Assembly (NCBI GenBank): GCA_035516175.1
Contig: DATJAO010000027.1
Span: forward strand, 32,411 to 96,410
Direction: 5' to 3'
DNA: 64,000 nt
From: Nitrospirota bacterium
Lineage (GTDB): Bacteria > Nitrospirota > UBA9217
Each line of letters opens with the position of its first letter. The first letter of the stretch is position 1. Below, piece by piece: positions 40,427-51,198 of this stretch. The notes under the pieces are model-generated. The model had not been told where the DNA came from, did not search any database, and saw only the letters and a list, made by a program, of their open reading frames with translations. Both the position numbers and the translations under genes were made by a program.

Positions 40427-40611
40427 CATTGGAACGCGGAGGTGTGGGGACACGGGTAAAGAAGAGGGCGCTGATTGAAATGTCATGAACCAACTGAATC
40501 GTTTTTGAATTCGGTTTTACATTCGTCTTCTCGATTGATCTGCGTCGAAATTATTTTTTGATTCTTTATTATTATCAATGCCTCATATTCTCTGTTGCTA
40601 AATATTGAATC

Positions 40612-41964
<1,353 letters not shown>

Positions 41965-42088
41965 CGTTTGATTGATGCATGGTCCGTGGCTGTCGATGTA
42001 AAAAAAACATTTTCCTCCCGTCCCGATTCGTGTATCATATAGCAAGCAGCATGAACCGACACTATTCGTGAAGGAGGGGTATCACATC

Positions 42089-42307
42089 ATGACGAAGACA
42101 ACATTCAAAATTCAGGGTATGACCTGCAATCACTGCGTGATGCGGGTTACAAAGGCGCTCAAGGCGGTGCCGGGGGTCCAGGATGCGCAGGTGGATTTAC
42201 AGAAAGCCGAAGCAATCGTTACGTATGACGAAAGCAAGGCCGGCGCAGACAAGTTCTCCACCGCTGTGGTTGATGCCGGTTACAAGATCGTCTCCAGCGG
42301 GAAATAG
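42089..42307 (+). CDS. copZ: Heavy-metal-associated (CopZ-type) chaperone
   Basis: GMTCNHC metal-binding motif, AVVDAGY. Confidence 0.9.
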   Translation: MTKTTFKIQGMTCNHCVMRVTKALKAVPGVQDAQVDLQKAEAIVTYDESKAGADKFSTAVVDAGYKIVSSGK

Positions 42308-42330
42308 ATTGTGTTTTTTCCCGGTGCAGC

Positions 42331-42359
42331 TTGACAAGGGGACTGCCTCTCAGTATAAT
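42331..42359 (+). promoter_or_regulatory. Consensus sigma70 promoter of the aldolase gene
   Basis: TTGACA-17 nt-TATAAT exact match. Confidence 0.8.
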
Positions 42360-42407
42360 TTCACCGTCCGGAACACCGGTCTTCAATAAAATCATACGGA
42401 GGGTTCA

Positions 42408-43487
42408 ATGGCCAAGACACTTCAGGATCTGATGCCTGCAAACGCAAAGAAGAAGCTGGGAGGCGCGAGTAAGCTGAACGTGATGTCCTCGCACGACGTC
42501 TTCAGGGTGCTCAAAAACGATAAAGTGATCATCATGGCGTGCAATACGAGGATCAAACACGTGATCCCCGGGATCATGCGCGCGGCTGAGGGTCTTGATG
42601 CGGTGGTCTGCTTTGAACTCGCCAAGAGCGAGGGGAACCTCAAGGGCGGTTACACGGGAATGGACCCCTACAAATTCGCCGATACCATCTTCAGCTACGC
42701 CGAGGCCGTAAAGTTCACCAAGCCGTTCTTCATCCACGGTGACCATGTGACTACCAAGAGTCCGGACGCCGCAGTGGTCGGAGAGTCCCGTGATCTCGTT
42801 AAAGCGGAGCTTGAGGCGGGCTATACGTCGATCGCCATCGATGCCTCCTTCAACGAGACCCATGACAACATCAAGATCAGCTCGGAACTCGGCCGCATGG
42901 TACTGGATGCCGGCGCCGGGCTTGAAGCGGAGGTCGGCGAGATCAAGTCCACCAAAGAGGGCGGAGAGATCACGACGGTGGAGGAGGCCGTGGAGTTCAT
43001 CGACGGGCTGGAGAAGACAGGTGTGCATGCCGATCTTCTGGCCACAAATAACGGCTCCAAGCACGGCAACTATAAGCCCGGCGAGGAAGTCCATATTGAG
43101 CTCAAACGCACGGGCGATATCTACAATGCGATAAAAAAGTGGGGAGTGTGTATCGCACAGCACGGCATCACCGGCACCCCTCTCGACCTCGTGGGGCAGT
43201 TCGCAGACTACGGAATCCGTAAAGGCAATGTCGGCACCAACTGGCAGAACATCGCCCACGACGGGCTGCCTGTGGACCTGATGAACGCCATGCGCGAATG
43301 GGCAAAGAAGGAGAACAAGGACATCAAGTTCGCCACGAAGCAGTTCCTTTCCGATATCAACTCGATCTCCAAGGAACATGTGCAGAAGATCGAGGATATG
43401 GCCTACAAGTCGGCCGCAGAGTTCATCACGGCGTTTCGTGCCAAGGGCACGGCATCACTCGTGGCCACGCGGCTGCTGGGCAAATAA
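42408..43487 (+). CDS. fba: Class II fructose-bisphosphate aldolase
   Basis: IHGDH, SIAIDAS, EAEVGEI, NNGSKHG, AQHGITG, KGNVGT. Confidence 0.9.
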   Translation: MAKTLQDLMPANAKKKLGGASKLNVMSSHDVFRVLKNDKVIIMACNTRIKHVIPGIMRAAEGLDAVVCFELAKSEGNLKGGYTGMDPYKFADTIFSYAEAVKFTKPFFIHGDHVTTKSPDAAVVGESRDLVKAELEAGYTSIAIDASFNETHDNIKISSELGRMVLDAGAGLEAEVGEIKSTKEGGEITTVEEAVEFIDGLEKTGVHADLLATNNGSKHGNYKPGEEVHIELKRTGDIYNAIKKWGVCIAQHGITGTPLDLVGQFADYGIRKGNVGTNWQNIAHDGLPVDLMNAMREWAKKENKDIKFATKQFLSDINSISKEHVQKIEDMAYKSAAEFITAFRAKGTASLVATRLLGK

Positions 43488-43502
43488 GATTGGATTTAAA
43501 GA

Positions 43503-43584
43503 CCACAGGTAAACACAGATGACCAAGGGCTTGATGAGGAACCAATACATCCCCGAGCTTTATCATTTGTGTTTATTCTTGTGG
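43503..43584. repeat. Imperfect intergenic inverted repeat
   Basis: CCACAGGTAAACACAGATG ... CATTTGTGTTTATTCTTGTGG, directly after the fba stop. Confidence 0.55.
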
Positions 43585-43627
43585 GCACCGGATTCCGATC
43601 CGGATATGCGTTAATGAGAGGCGGCAG

Positions 43628-44413
43628 ATGGATCCCCAATCCAAGTGGGCTGTGATACTCGCCCGGTCCCGGAAACGGAAGCTGCTCCCCCTGGACGTAC
43701 AGCACTGCTCGCCGATAGCACTCCGCAACATCATCCTCGATGTCAGCACACCGGACACAATCCTCGAGCGCATCGCGCAGGCCTATTTTGAAGACGAGGA
43801 CATCCTGCGTGACCTTGTCCGCTGTCCGAACCTGTCCGAGACTACGCTCACGTTCATTGTTCTGGTTGGATCCGATGAAATAAAGAATTTTATTGCCGGT
43901 ACCCGCGTCATGGACCTGGTCGTGGCAGAGACTGCCGTTGCGGCGCCCGGTACCAGCGCAGAGTTGAAAGGAAAAGGGAAAGAGGGGAAGAAGAAGCTAA
44001 ATATTCAGCAGGTACTCCAGACGATGACCATCCCGCAGAAGATCAAGCTTGCGCTATCGGGTGCCAAGGATGCGCGGACTTTGTTGATCAGGGAAGCAAG
44101 CAAAATGATCGCGCTTGCCGTACTGGAGAACCCCAGGATCACCATGGGCGAGGTCGAGTTCTTTGCCAAGTCGACGAACCTGAGCGAAGATGTCATGCGC
44201 AAGATCGGATCCAATTCAGAGTGGTCCAAGAGATATGCGGTCGCCTCCGCTCTGGTGAGCAACCCCAAGACACCTGTCGGCATCTCTCTCGGCTTTGTCA
44301 CCAAGCTGACCGACCATGATCTCAACCTTCTCGAAAAGAGCCGCAACGTGCCAGCGGCCGTGAGGACGGCAGCGAGGGGCCATCTCGCAAAGAAAAAACT
44401 CGGCAAAGCATAG
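43628..44413 (+). CDS. Conserved hypothetical alpha-helical-repeat protein (LRV/HEAT-like)
   Basis: Repeated xxNPxTP-like units (RCPNLS, LENPRIT, VSNPKTP); QKIKLALSGAKDARTLLI. Confidence 0.7.
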   Translation: MDPQSKWAVILARSRKRKLLPLDVQHCSPIALRNIILDVSTPDTILERIAQAYFEDEDILRDLVRCPNLSETTLTFIVLVGSDEIKNFIAGTRVMDLVVAETAVAAPGTSAELKGKGKEGKKKLNIQQVLQTMTIPQKIKLALSGAKDARTLLIREASKMIALAVLENPRITMGEVEFFAKSTNLSEDVMRKIGSNSEWSKRYAVASALVSNPKTPVGISLGFVTKLTDHDLNLLEKSRNVPAAVRTAARGHLAKKKLGKA

Positions 44414-44486
44414 TTCTCAATTTATTCTCCGCGTCCACGCCCGCTCTATCGGCATTACTTATGATCAATAAACATGAGGTATTAGT

Positions 44487-45479
44487 GTGAAACGTTCAAC
44501 AATCGCAGTCCTTGCGCTTATACTGCTCGTGTCCGGCTGCAGCAAGCCCAAGACCATGCAGAAGACCGAAAGCATCATGGGCACGGATGTGACGATCACT
44601 GTCGTGGCGCGGTCGTACGAGGAGGGGGAGGCTGCCATTGAGGCGGGGATGGCGGAGCTGAGAAGGCTCGATGCCATGATGTCTCTTTACAAGGACGACA
44701 GCGAGATCACTCGGGTGAACCTCGCGGCGGGGAAAAATCCCGTTAAAGTTTCGCCGGAGATGATCGAGGTCGTGGAGCACGCCGCAGAAATCTCGAAGCT
44801 TTCGGATGGTGTATTTGATGTGACCATCGGTCCCCTTGTGGTCCTGTGGCAGATGCGGCTCAAGGAGGGGAAGCTCCCTTCGGACGCGGAGCTCGCGAGG
44901 ATCCGTCCCCTCGTGAACTATCGGAATATCGTTATTGACAAGAAGGCTTCGACGATATTTCTTAAAAAACCCGGCATGATCATGGACTTCGGCGGAATGA
45001 AGGGATACACCGCGGACCGGGTGGCCTCCCTGTTCAAGAAACGCGGCATCAACAATGCCATTATCGCTGTTGCTGGCGACATCTGGGTATTGGGACATCG
45101 GGAGGATGGCAAGCCCTGGAGGATCGGTGTGCAGCATCCTCGGGAGCGTGACAAAACCCTGGCCGTCCTGGACCTCAGCGACAAATATATTTCCACATCC
45201 GGCGATTATGAACGGTTCGTCATCAAAGAAAACAAGCGTTATCATCATATAATCGACCCCCGGACAGGGAAACCTTCGAAGGGGACCATCTCAGCGACCC
45301 TTATCGGAGACAAGGGAGCGGTCATCGATCCGCTTACTAAGGTTCCGTTCATCCTCGGCCCTGCCGAAGGAATGAAAATCCTGAAAAAGCTCGGTGCCGA
45401 GGCAATTATTGTGGATGACCAGGGAAAGGTCTACATGACCGACGGGATCAAAAACCTGCTGGACCAGCCAAAACGCTGA
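44487..45479 (+). CDS. apbE: FAD:protein FMN transferase lipoprotein
   Basis: Lipobox VSGC; MGT, SEITRVN, FDVTIGPL, STSGDYER, HHIIDPRTG. Confidence 0.93.
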   Translation: MKRSTIAVLALILLVSGCSKPKTMQKTESIMGTDVTITVVARSYEEGEAAIEAGMAELRRLDAMMSLYKDDSEITRVNLAAGKNPVKVSPEMIEVVEHAAEISKLSDGVFDVTIGPLVVLWQMRLKEGKLPSDAELARIRPLVNYRNIVIDKKASTIFLKKPGMIMDFGGMKGYTADRVASLFKKRGINNAIIAVAGDIWVLGHREDGKPWRIGVQHPRERDKTLAVLDLSDKYISTSGDYERFVIKENKRYHHIIDPRTGKPSKGTISATLIGDKGAVIDPLTKVPFILGPAEGMKILKKLGAEAIIVDDQGKVYMTDGIKNLLDQPKR

Positions 45480-45488
45480 AAATTTATG

Positions 45489-45537
45489 TTGACATCTTTG
45501 CCGCCCCTCGATAATATATAAAAAGTTATTTATATAT
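45489..45537 (+). promoter_or_regulatory. sigma70 promoter with overlapping ArsR/SmtB-type palindromic operator
   Basis: TTGACA(45489)-17-TAATAT(45512); inverted repeat ATATATAAA-N6-TTTATATAT (45514-45537) over the -10/TSS region of an operon encoding ArsR. Confidence 0.7.
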
Positions 45538-45546
45538 GAGGCGGAG

Positions 45547-46500
45547 ATGCTCAAGGCGTTTTCTCATTATATTGTCCATTCAATGTTCGGCATGCAAACC
45601 GGCTCACGCCTTGCTGATTCCGCAGAATTCTTTATCTATGATACAATCAAGATATTTCTGCTTCTTTCTGTCATCATCTTCATTGTTTCCGTAATGAGAA
45701 GCTACTTCCCCCCTGAACGGACCAAGAGGATCCTATCCCATAAAAAAGAGTTTATTGGTAATATTCTCGCCGCTCTCCTGGGCATCGTTACGCCGTTCTG
45801 TTCCTGTTCTGCGGTACCACTTTTCATCGGCTTCGTGGAGGCGGGCGTCCCCCTTGGCGTTAATTTCTCCTTCCTGATCTCGTCCCCCATGGTGAACGAG
45901 GTAGCGGTGGTTCTCCTTTGGGGCCTCTTTGGCTGGAAGATCGCTGTCATTTACATGGCCACCGGTCTCTTTGTCGCGATCGTCGCCGGGCTGATCATAG
46001 GCAAGCTGAAGCTCGAAAGATGGGTCGAGGAGTACGTGTATACGATCCATTCCTTTGGTGCCGCCCAGGAGGTCGCGAGACAGAAGTTCAAGGAACGGTT
46101 CGTGTATGCCCGCCGGAATACAGATGATATTCTTAAGCGGGTATGGCTTTATGTGATCATTGCCATCGGTATCGGCGGATTCATCCACGGGTATGTGCCC
46201 AAGGACTTCCTCGTTCGCTATGCAGGTCCTCAGAACCCCTTCGGCGTGCCAGTAGCCGTAGCGTTGGGCGTCCCACTGTATTCGAATGCTGCCGGCTTGA
46301 TCCCGATCGTCTATGCTCTCATGGAAAAAGGGATGAGCATGGGCACCGTGCTGGCCTTCATGATGGCGGTCACTGCCCTGTCGCTCCCGGAGATGATCAT
46401 CCTGCGAAAGGTATTGAAAGTAAGGCTTCTCGCCATGTTCGTGGGTATCATGACTGTTACGATCATCGGCGTGGGATATCTGTTCAATGCAATTTTATAA
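45547..46500 (+). CDS. DUF318 / ArsP-type permease
   Basis: TPFCSCSAVP, FLISSPMVNE, GVPLYSNAAG, LSLPE. Confidence 0.9.
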   Translation: MLKAFSHYIVHSMFGMQTGSRLADSAEFFIYDTIKIFLLLSVIIFIVSVMRSYFPPERTKRILSHKKEFIGNILAALLGIVTPFCSCSAVPLFIGFVEAGVPLGVNFSFLISSPMVNEVAVVLLWGLFGWKIAVIYMATGLFVAIVAGLIIGKLKLERWVEEYVYTIHSFGAAQEVARQKFKERFVYARRNTDDILKRVWLYVIIAIGIGGFIHGYVPKDFLVRYAGPQNPFGVPVAVALGVPLYSNAAGLIPIVYALMEKGMSMGTVLAFMMAVTALSLPEMIILRKVLKVRLLAMFVGIMTVTIIGVGYLFNAIL

Positions 46501-46604
46501 AATGCCTTGAGCGCAAATGGTTCGAATTGGACGTATCAAACGAATGAAGGATTTTAATCATGACATTCGTGTAGTTTGCGTTCCAGAAACAAGGAGGTTT
46601 TGGA

Positions 46605-46850
46605 ATGGAGATCAAAGTTCTCGGACCAGGCTGCGCGAACTGCCTTAAGATGGAGGAACTGGCGAAGACCTCCGTGAAGGAACTTGGAATTAAAGCCACG
46701 GTCGCGAATATTTTAGATGTCGCTGGGATTGCACGACACGGTGTTTCATCGACCCGTCGGCCATGTCGTGAACGGAAAGATCAAACATTCAGGAAAGCTG
46801 TTTCCTAGGCTGGATAAGGTAAAGGAATTAATTAACGCAAGGCGTAGGGA
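46605..46850 (+). pseudogene. Small thioredoxin-like redox-active disulfide protein (MTH895-type), frameshifted
   Basis: MEIKVLGPGCANC...GVSST, then out of frame GHVVNGKIKHSGK.FP..DKVKELI; shift near 46752-46760. Confidence 0.75.
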
Positions 46851-46893
46851 ATTGCTGTTATCTTGGAATGCGCATTTAGGAGTGCAAAAACAA

Positions 46894-47274
46894 ATGGATG
46901 AATTGATAACCATATTCAAGGCGCTATCGGATGAGACGCGGCTTAGGATCATAAAGCTTCTCGAGCAGGGCGAACTATGCGTTTGCGACATCGTTATTGC
47001 TCTTGACATAATCCAACCCAAGATTTCGTTTCATCTGAATGTGTTGAAGGAGGCTGGCTTCATCAGGGACCGGAAACAGGGCAGGTGGATACACTACAGC
47101 CTGAATGATTCCGATATGTTCAGGAGGCTATTGATCCTTTCGGTATGCGAAAAGGCTCCTGACGCTGCGATGGCGAATGATAGGAAAAGATTGACCGTGT
47201 TCCTGAAAGGTAAGGACATGAGAGTCAAGGCGTCTTGCGGGACAAGCTTAATTGCTGCGGGGGATAAGAGATGA
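46894..47274 (+). CDS. arsR: ArsR/SmtB family repressor
   Basis: [35 protein letters not shown]; SD AGGAG upstream of ATG 46894. Confidence 0.92.
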   Translation: MDELITIFKALSDETRLRIIKLLEQGELCVCDIVIALDIIQPKISFHLNVLKEAGFIRDRKQGRWIHYSLNDSDMFRRLLILSVCEKAPDAAMANDRKRLTVFLKGKDMRVKASCGTSLIAAGDKR

Positions 47275-48779
47275 TGAAAGTAATGTTCCTCTGCACCGGC
47301 AATTCCTGCCGGAGCCAGATGGCTGAAGGAATGGCGCGGGAGTTCGGTAAGGGCATGCTGGAGCCGTATAGCGCCGGCCTTATTGCGGCGGGTGTTCATC
47401 CTCGCGCGATTGCCGCGATGAAAGAGATCGGCATCGATATATCGGGCCAGAAATCCAAGGAGATCGATGAAGGTTTGCTGAGGACGATGGATGTGGTCAT
47501 TACCCTTTGCGGGAATGCCGAAGAGTCGTGTCCCTGGACCCCTCCGGAGATCAAGCGTCTTCACTGGCCTATCAATGACCCGGTAGGAACCGTAGGCTCA
47601 GAAGAAAAAATCATGAAGGAGTTCCGGCGGGCGAGGGATGAGATCGGGGCGAGAATAGTACAACTCGTATCCGAGCTCAAAACAAGGGGGGAAATAGCTG
47701 TGACGCAACAGGCTGTCAGCAGACTTTCATTTGTTGACTATTTCCTCACCTTATGGATCTTTGCCGCGATGGCTTTCGGTGTCGCTCTCGGCCATCTTAT
47801 CCCCAGGACGGAAGACTTCATCAACAGCTTGCGGTCCGGAACGACCAATATCCCCATCGCTGTTGGCCTCATACTCATGATGTATCCTCCTCTTGCCAAG
47901 GTCAAATATGAGGAACTTGGCGAAGTATTTAAAAACAAAAAAGTCCTAGGATTGTCACTGGTCCAGAACTGGTTCATTGGCCCCATTCTGATGTTCCTTT
48001 TGGCAATATTATTTCTTCGCGCCTATCCCGAATACATGGTAGGCCTCATCATGATTGGGCTTGCCCGGTGCATTGCGATGGTCATTGTCTGGAACGACCT
48101 TGCCTGCGGTGACCCTGAATACGCCGCCGGCCTGGTAGCATTCAATTCCATCTTCCAGGTCTTCTTTTATTCCGCCTATGCCTATGTGTTTATTACTGTG
48201 CTCCCTGCATGGTTCGGTCTCAAGGGGGCGGTTGTTGAGGTAACGATGGGACAGATCGCCAAAAGCGTTTTTATTTATCTGGGCATCCCGTTCATCGCTG
48301 GTCTGGCGACTCGTTTTGGCCTTATAAGGCTCAAGGGCCGCCCGTGGTACGATCAGACCTTTATCCCCCGGATAAGCCCCTTGACGCTCATCTCACTCCT
48401 TTTTACCATCGTCGTGATGTTTTCGCTCAAGGGGGATTATATCGTAAAGCTCCCCTTCGATGTTCTCATGATCGCGGTCCCTCTTCTGATCTATTTCGTC
48501 GTTATGTTCCTCGTTTCTTTCTACATGGCCCGGAAACTGGGGACCGACTACGCAAAAACCGCGACCCTGTCCTTTACGGCGGCAAGCAATAATTTCGAGC
48601 TCGCCATTGCGGTCGCCGTCGCCGTCTTCGGGATCAATTCAGGAGTCGCCTTCGCGGCAGTCATCGGTCCGCTGGTGGAGGTACCTGTCCTGATTGGTCT
48701 CGTTAACGTAGCGCGTTTTTTCCAGAGGAAATATTTCAAAGTGGAGTACTGCAACATTCGGTCAACAGAATTGCCATAA
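47271..48779 (+). CDS. acr3: Fused ArsC (LMW-PTP-type arsenate reductase) - Acr3 arsenite efflux protein
   Basis: N-terminal [15 protein letters not shown] and HWPINDP; C-terminal Acr3 ([44 protein letters not shown]) in one frame. Confidence 0.9.
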   Translation: MMKVMFLCTGNSCRSQMAEGMAREFGKGMLEPYSAGLIAAGVHPRAIAAMKEIGIDISGQKSKEIDEGLLRTMDVVITLCGNAEESCPWTPPEIKRLHWPINDPVGTVGSEEKIMKEFRRARDEIGARIVQLVSELKTRGEIAVTQQAVSRLSFVDYFLTLWIFAAMAFGVALGHLIPRTEDFINSLRSGTTNIPIAVGLILMMYPPLAKVKYEELGEVFKNKKVLGLSLVQNWFIGPILMFLLAILFLRAYPEYMVGLIMIGLARCIAMVIVWNDLACGDPEYAAGLVAFNSIFQVFFYSAYAYVFITVLPAWFGLKGAVVEVTMGQIAKSVFIYLGIPFIAGLATRFGLIRLKGRPWYDQTFIPRISPLTLISLLFTIVVMFSLKGDYIVKLPFDVLMIAVPLLIYFVVMFLVSFYMARKLGTDYAKTATLSFTAASNNFELAIAVAVAVFGINSGVAFAAVIGPLVEVPVLIGLVNVARFFQRKYFKVEYCNIRSTELP

Positions 48780-48814
48780 AGTGTCAGCGGCGTTACAGCG
48801 GGCAGAAAGACACA

Positions 48815-49531
48815 ATGAGATTCGCCGTATTCGGAGACATACACGGAAATTTGGAAGCTCTGAGGGCGGCCTACGAGGCAGCCAGCCAGGAAGGCGTCGA
48901 GAAGATTTACCACCTCGGCGACCTGGGAGGCTACGCTCCCTTCGTCAACGAAGTGGTTGATTTTCTGGTAGAGCGCGGCATCGAGGGTGTGCAGGGCAAT
49001 TACGACGAGACGGTTGCGAATGACCGGGAGCATTGCGGCTGCAAGGCCGAGGACCCGGTCCAGGAGGAGATGGCAAACCGGGCCTTTACCTGGACGAAAC
49101 AGCATGTTTCCCAAAAGGCCAGAGATTATATGCGGAGCCTTCCTTTCAGCATTGCATTCACCGCCGAGGGCAAGAAGGTCCTGCTCTTCCATGCAACGCC
49201 TAAGAAGAACAACCTCTACTGGTACGAAGACCGGCCAGAGAAGTTCTTCCGGGAGATGGCGGATAAGGTAGACGCCGACGTCCTGATCTATGGACATGTT
49301 CACAAGCAGTATCGGAAGGATTTCAGCGGCAAAGTCTTCATCAACGCCGGAAGTGTGGGCAAACCGAAAGACGGGGACCCGAGGTCATGCGTCACCGTGG
49401 TCGAGATAACGGAGAACGCCGTGAGCGTCAAGTTCCTGCGGGTTCCCTATGATGTCCAAAAGACTGCGGAGGCCATCGTTTCAAGCGGTTTGCCCTCTTA
49501 TTTTGCAGAAAAGCTTAAAGGGGGCAAATAA
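48815..49531 (+). CDS. Calcineurin-like metallophosphoesterase
   Basis: GDIHGN, LGDL, GNYD, GHVH, NAGSVGKP. Confidence 0.9.
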   Translation: MRFAVFGDIHGNLEALRAAYEAASQEGVEKIYHLGDLGGYAPFVNEVVDFLVERGIEGVQGNYDETVANDREHCGCKAEDPVQEEMANRAFTWTKQHVSQKARDYMRSLPFSIAFTAEGKKVLLFHATPKKNNLYWYEDRPEKFFREMADKVDADVLIYGHVHKQYRKDFSGKVFINAGSVGKPKDGDPRSCVTVVEITENAVSVKFLRVPYDVQKTAEAIVSSGLPSYFAEKLKGGK

Positions 49532-49832
49532 GGAGCAGGGGAGTTTTTTTATTAATAACATGTTCAATACTATCCTAAATTAGAGGCAGGGGGCTGGCGT
49601 TTCTTGCGGTATTCACGTTCGTTGTTGTGCAGGGCAAAAGCTTCAATTTATTTAAAGAAAATCAGCGGGATAGTATATGTTACAGTTGGTATTTATTTAA
49701 GCATAACAATATTATGAAATGCGATTGGATTAAAAAAACAGTTGCGAAGATTTGAATATGCTGGTAAAATAAAAAATTCGTATATAATTTAACTAATATC
49801 GGACAGGCTCAGAATTACAGCAAGGAGGATGT

Positions 49833-50138
49833 ATGGTAAGTTTGACAGAGAGTGCGGTGAGGAAGTTCAAGGATGTTGTCGAAAAACAGGGTACGGTAGG
49901 TGACGGGGTAAGGATATTTACCGTTCCCGGAGGCTGAAGCCCAACCTTGGCTATGGACATAGCCAAAGCAGCTCAATTGGGTGACACTACTCTTGAGTTA
50001 GACGGTTTGAAGGTTTATTTGGAAGAGCGCGCCAAGAGCATGCTCATGAACACGAACATCGATTTTCATGAGGGCCAGGGTTTCGTCCTGTCCGGCATGC
50101 AGCCGAGTTCTTGCGGTTCTTCGTGCAGCAGCTGTTAA
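49833..50138 (+). CDS. HesB/IscA-like selenoprotein (Sec at codon 35)
   Basis: SD AAGGAGG; MVSLTESAVRKFKDVVEKQG..GVRIFTVPGG-TGA-SPTLAMD...LDGLKVYLEE...; in-frame TGA at 49935 sits where A-type carriers have GGC; hairpin follows. Confidence 0.82.
49947..49966 (+). promoter_or_regulatory. Candidate bacterial SECIS element
   Basis: Perfect 8-bp stem TTGGCTAT/ATAGCCAA with G-containing loop GGAC starting 18 nt after the UGA. Confidence 0.7.
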
Positions 50139-50165
50139 TTATATTTAATGAGTGATTACCACGAC

Positions 50166-50198
50166 CGCCGTCTTCAATTTGAAGACGGCGTTTTTTTT
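50166..50198 (+). terminator. Rho-independent terminator
   Basis: CGCCGTCTTCA-ATT-TGAAGACGGCG followed by T8. Confidence 0.88.
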
Positions 50199-50321
50199 GG
50201 TCCACACCCATCTCTCTGCTTTCCCCGATAAGGCATTGCATAAAGTTTCATAATCCCCCGTGAAATTCGTGGTAGAATAGATATAGCAGTTTGTCCTCCC
50301 TGCAGTCCTGAGGATATCATC

Positions 50322-50456
50322 ATGCCTCTGCTCGAAGTCAAAGATATTATTTACGGAGCGGGTTCCGACGGTAAAACGCCCATTCTCTCCGGGCTTTCAC
50401 TCGCCATCGAGACTGGAGAAGTCCATGCTCTTCTCGGCACAAGCGGGAATTTGTAA
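50322..50456 (+). pseudogene. Truncated N-terminus of a second SufC-like ABC ATPase (44 aa)
   Basis: MPLLEVKDIIY..GKTPILSGLSLAIETGEVHALLGTSG* breaks off inside Walker A, 1 nt before the intact sufC start. Confidence 0.7.
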
Positions 50457-50457
50457 T

Positions 50458-51198
50458 ATGATTGACATCAGAAAGTTATCAGTCAGCGTTGATGGGAAAA
50501 AAATACTCAATGATGTGAATCTTAGCATTGGGCAGGGAGAAACCGTCGTCTTGTTCGGTCCGAACGGTTCCGGAAAGACCTCTCTTCTGAAGACGATCAT
50601 GGGAATCCCCCAGTACAGGGTGGAATCAGGAAACATAATCTACAGGGATGAGGAGATTACGAAACGCAGCATCGACGAGCGCGCACGGCTTGGTATCGGC
50701 ATGGTCTTTCAGAATCCTCCGGCGGTGCGAGGGGTGAGGCTTAAAGACATACTGCGCATCTGCATGGAGAAGGCCGGTTCTTATAAGGAGGAAATGGTCA
50801 ATGCGGACGCCGACAAATTGAACTTCACCGAGTTTTTGGACAGGGACATCAATCTGGGATTTTCAGGAGGAGAGATCAAGCGTTCCGAACTCCTTCAACT
50901 TCTAGCCCAGAATCCGGGGTTCGTAATGTTCGACGAACCTGATTCGGGCGTGGACTTGGTCAACATCAACCTGGTGGGAAGGGTAATAAATGAGTTGCTC
51001 GAGAAAGACAAAAGGGAAGACAAGAGAACAAAGGGGGGGCTGATCATAACGCATGCTGGTTACATCCTGGACTATGTCAATGCCGACAGAGCATACGTTA
51101 TGCTGAACGGTTCGGTAAGTTGCTCCGGAAACCCGAGGGACATTCTGGAGGACATAAGATCAAAAGGGTATGAGGAGTGCGTGAGATGTCGAAGGTAA
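50458..51198 (+). CDS. sufC: Fe-S assembly ABC ATPase SufC/SmsC
   Basis: GPNGSGKTS, FSGGEIKR, FDEPDSGVD, IITH. Confidence 0.9.
   Translation: MIDIRKLSVSVDGKKILNDVNLSIGQGETVVLFGPNGSGKTSLLKTIMGIPQYRVESGNIIYRDEEITKRSIDERARLGIGMVFQNPPAVRGVRLKDILRICMEKAGSYKEEMVNADADKLNFTEFLDRDINLGFSGGEIKRSELLQLLAQNPGFVMFDEPDSGVDLVNINLVGRVINELLEKDKREDKRTKGGLIITHAGYILDYVNADRAYVMLNGSVSCSGNPRDILEDIRSKGYEECVRCRR

Noticed and set aside
46717-47274. 185-aa thioredoxin-tail/ArsR fusion ORF
   Set aside because: Artefact of the frameshift in the upstream thioredoxin-like gene; ArsR has its own SD and ATG at 46894.
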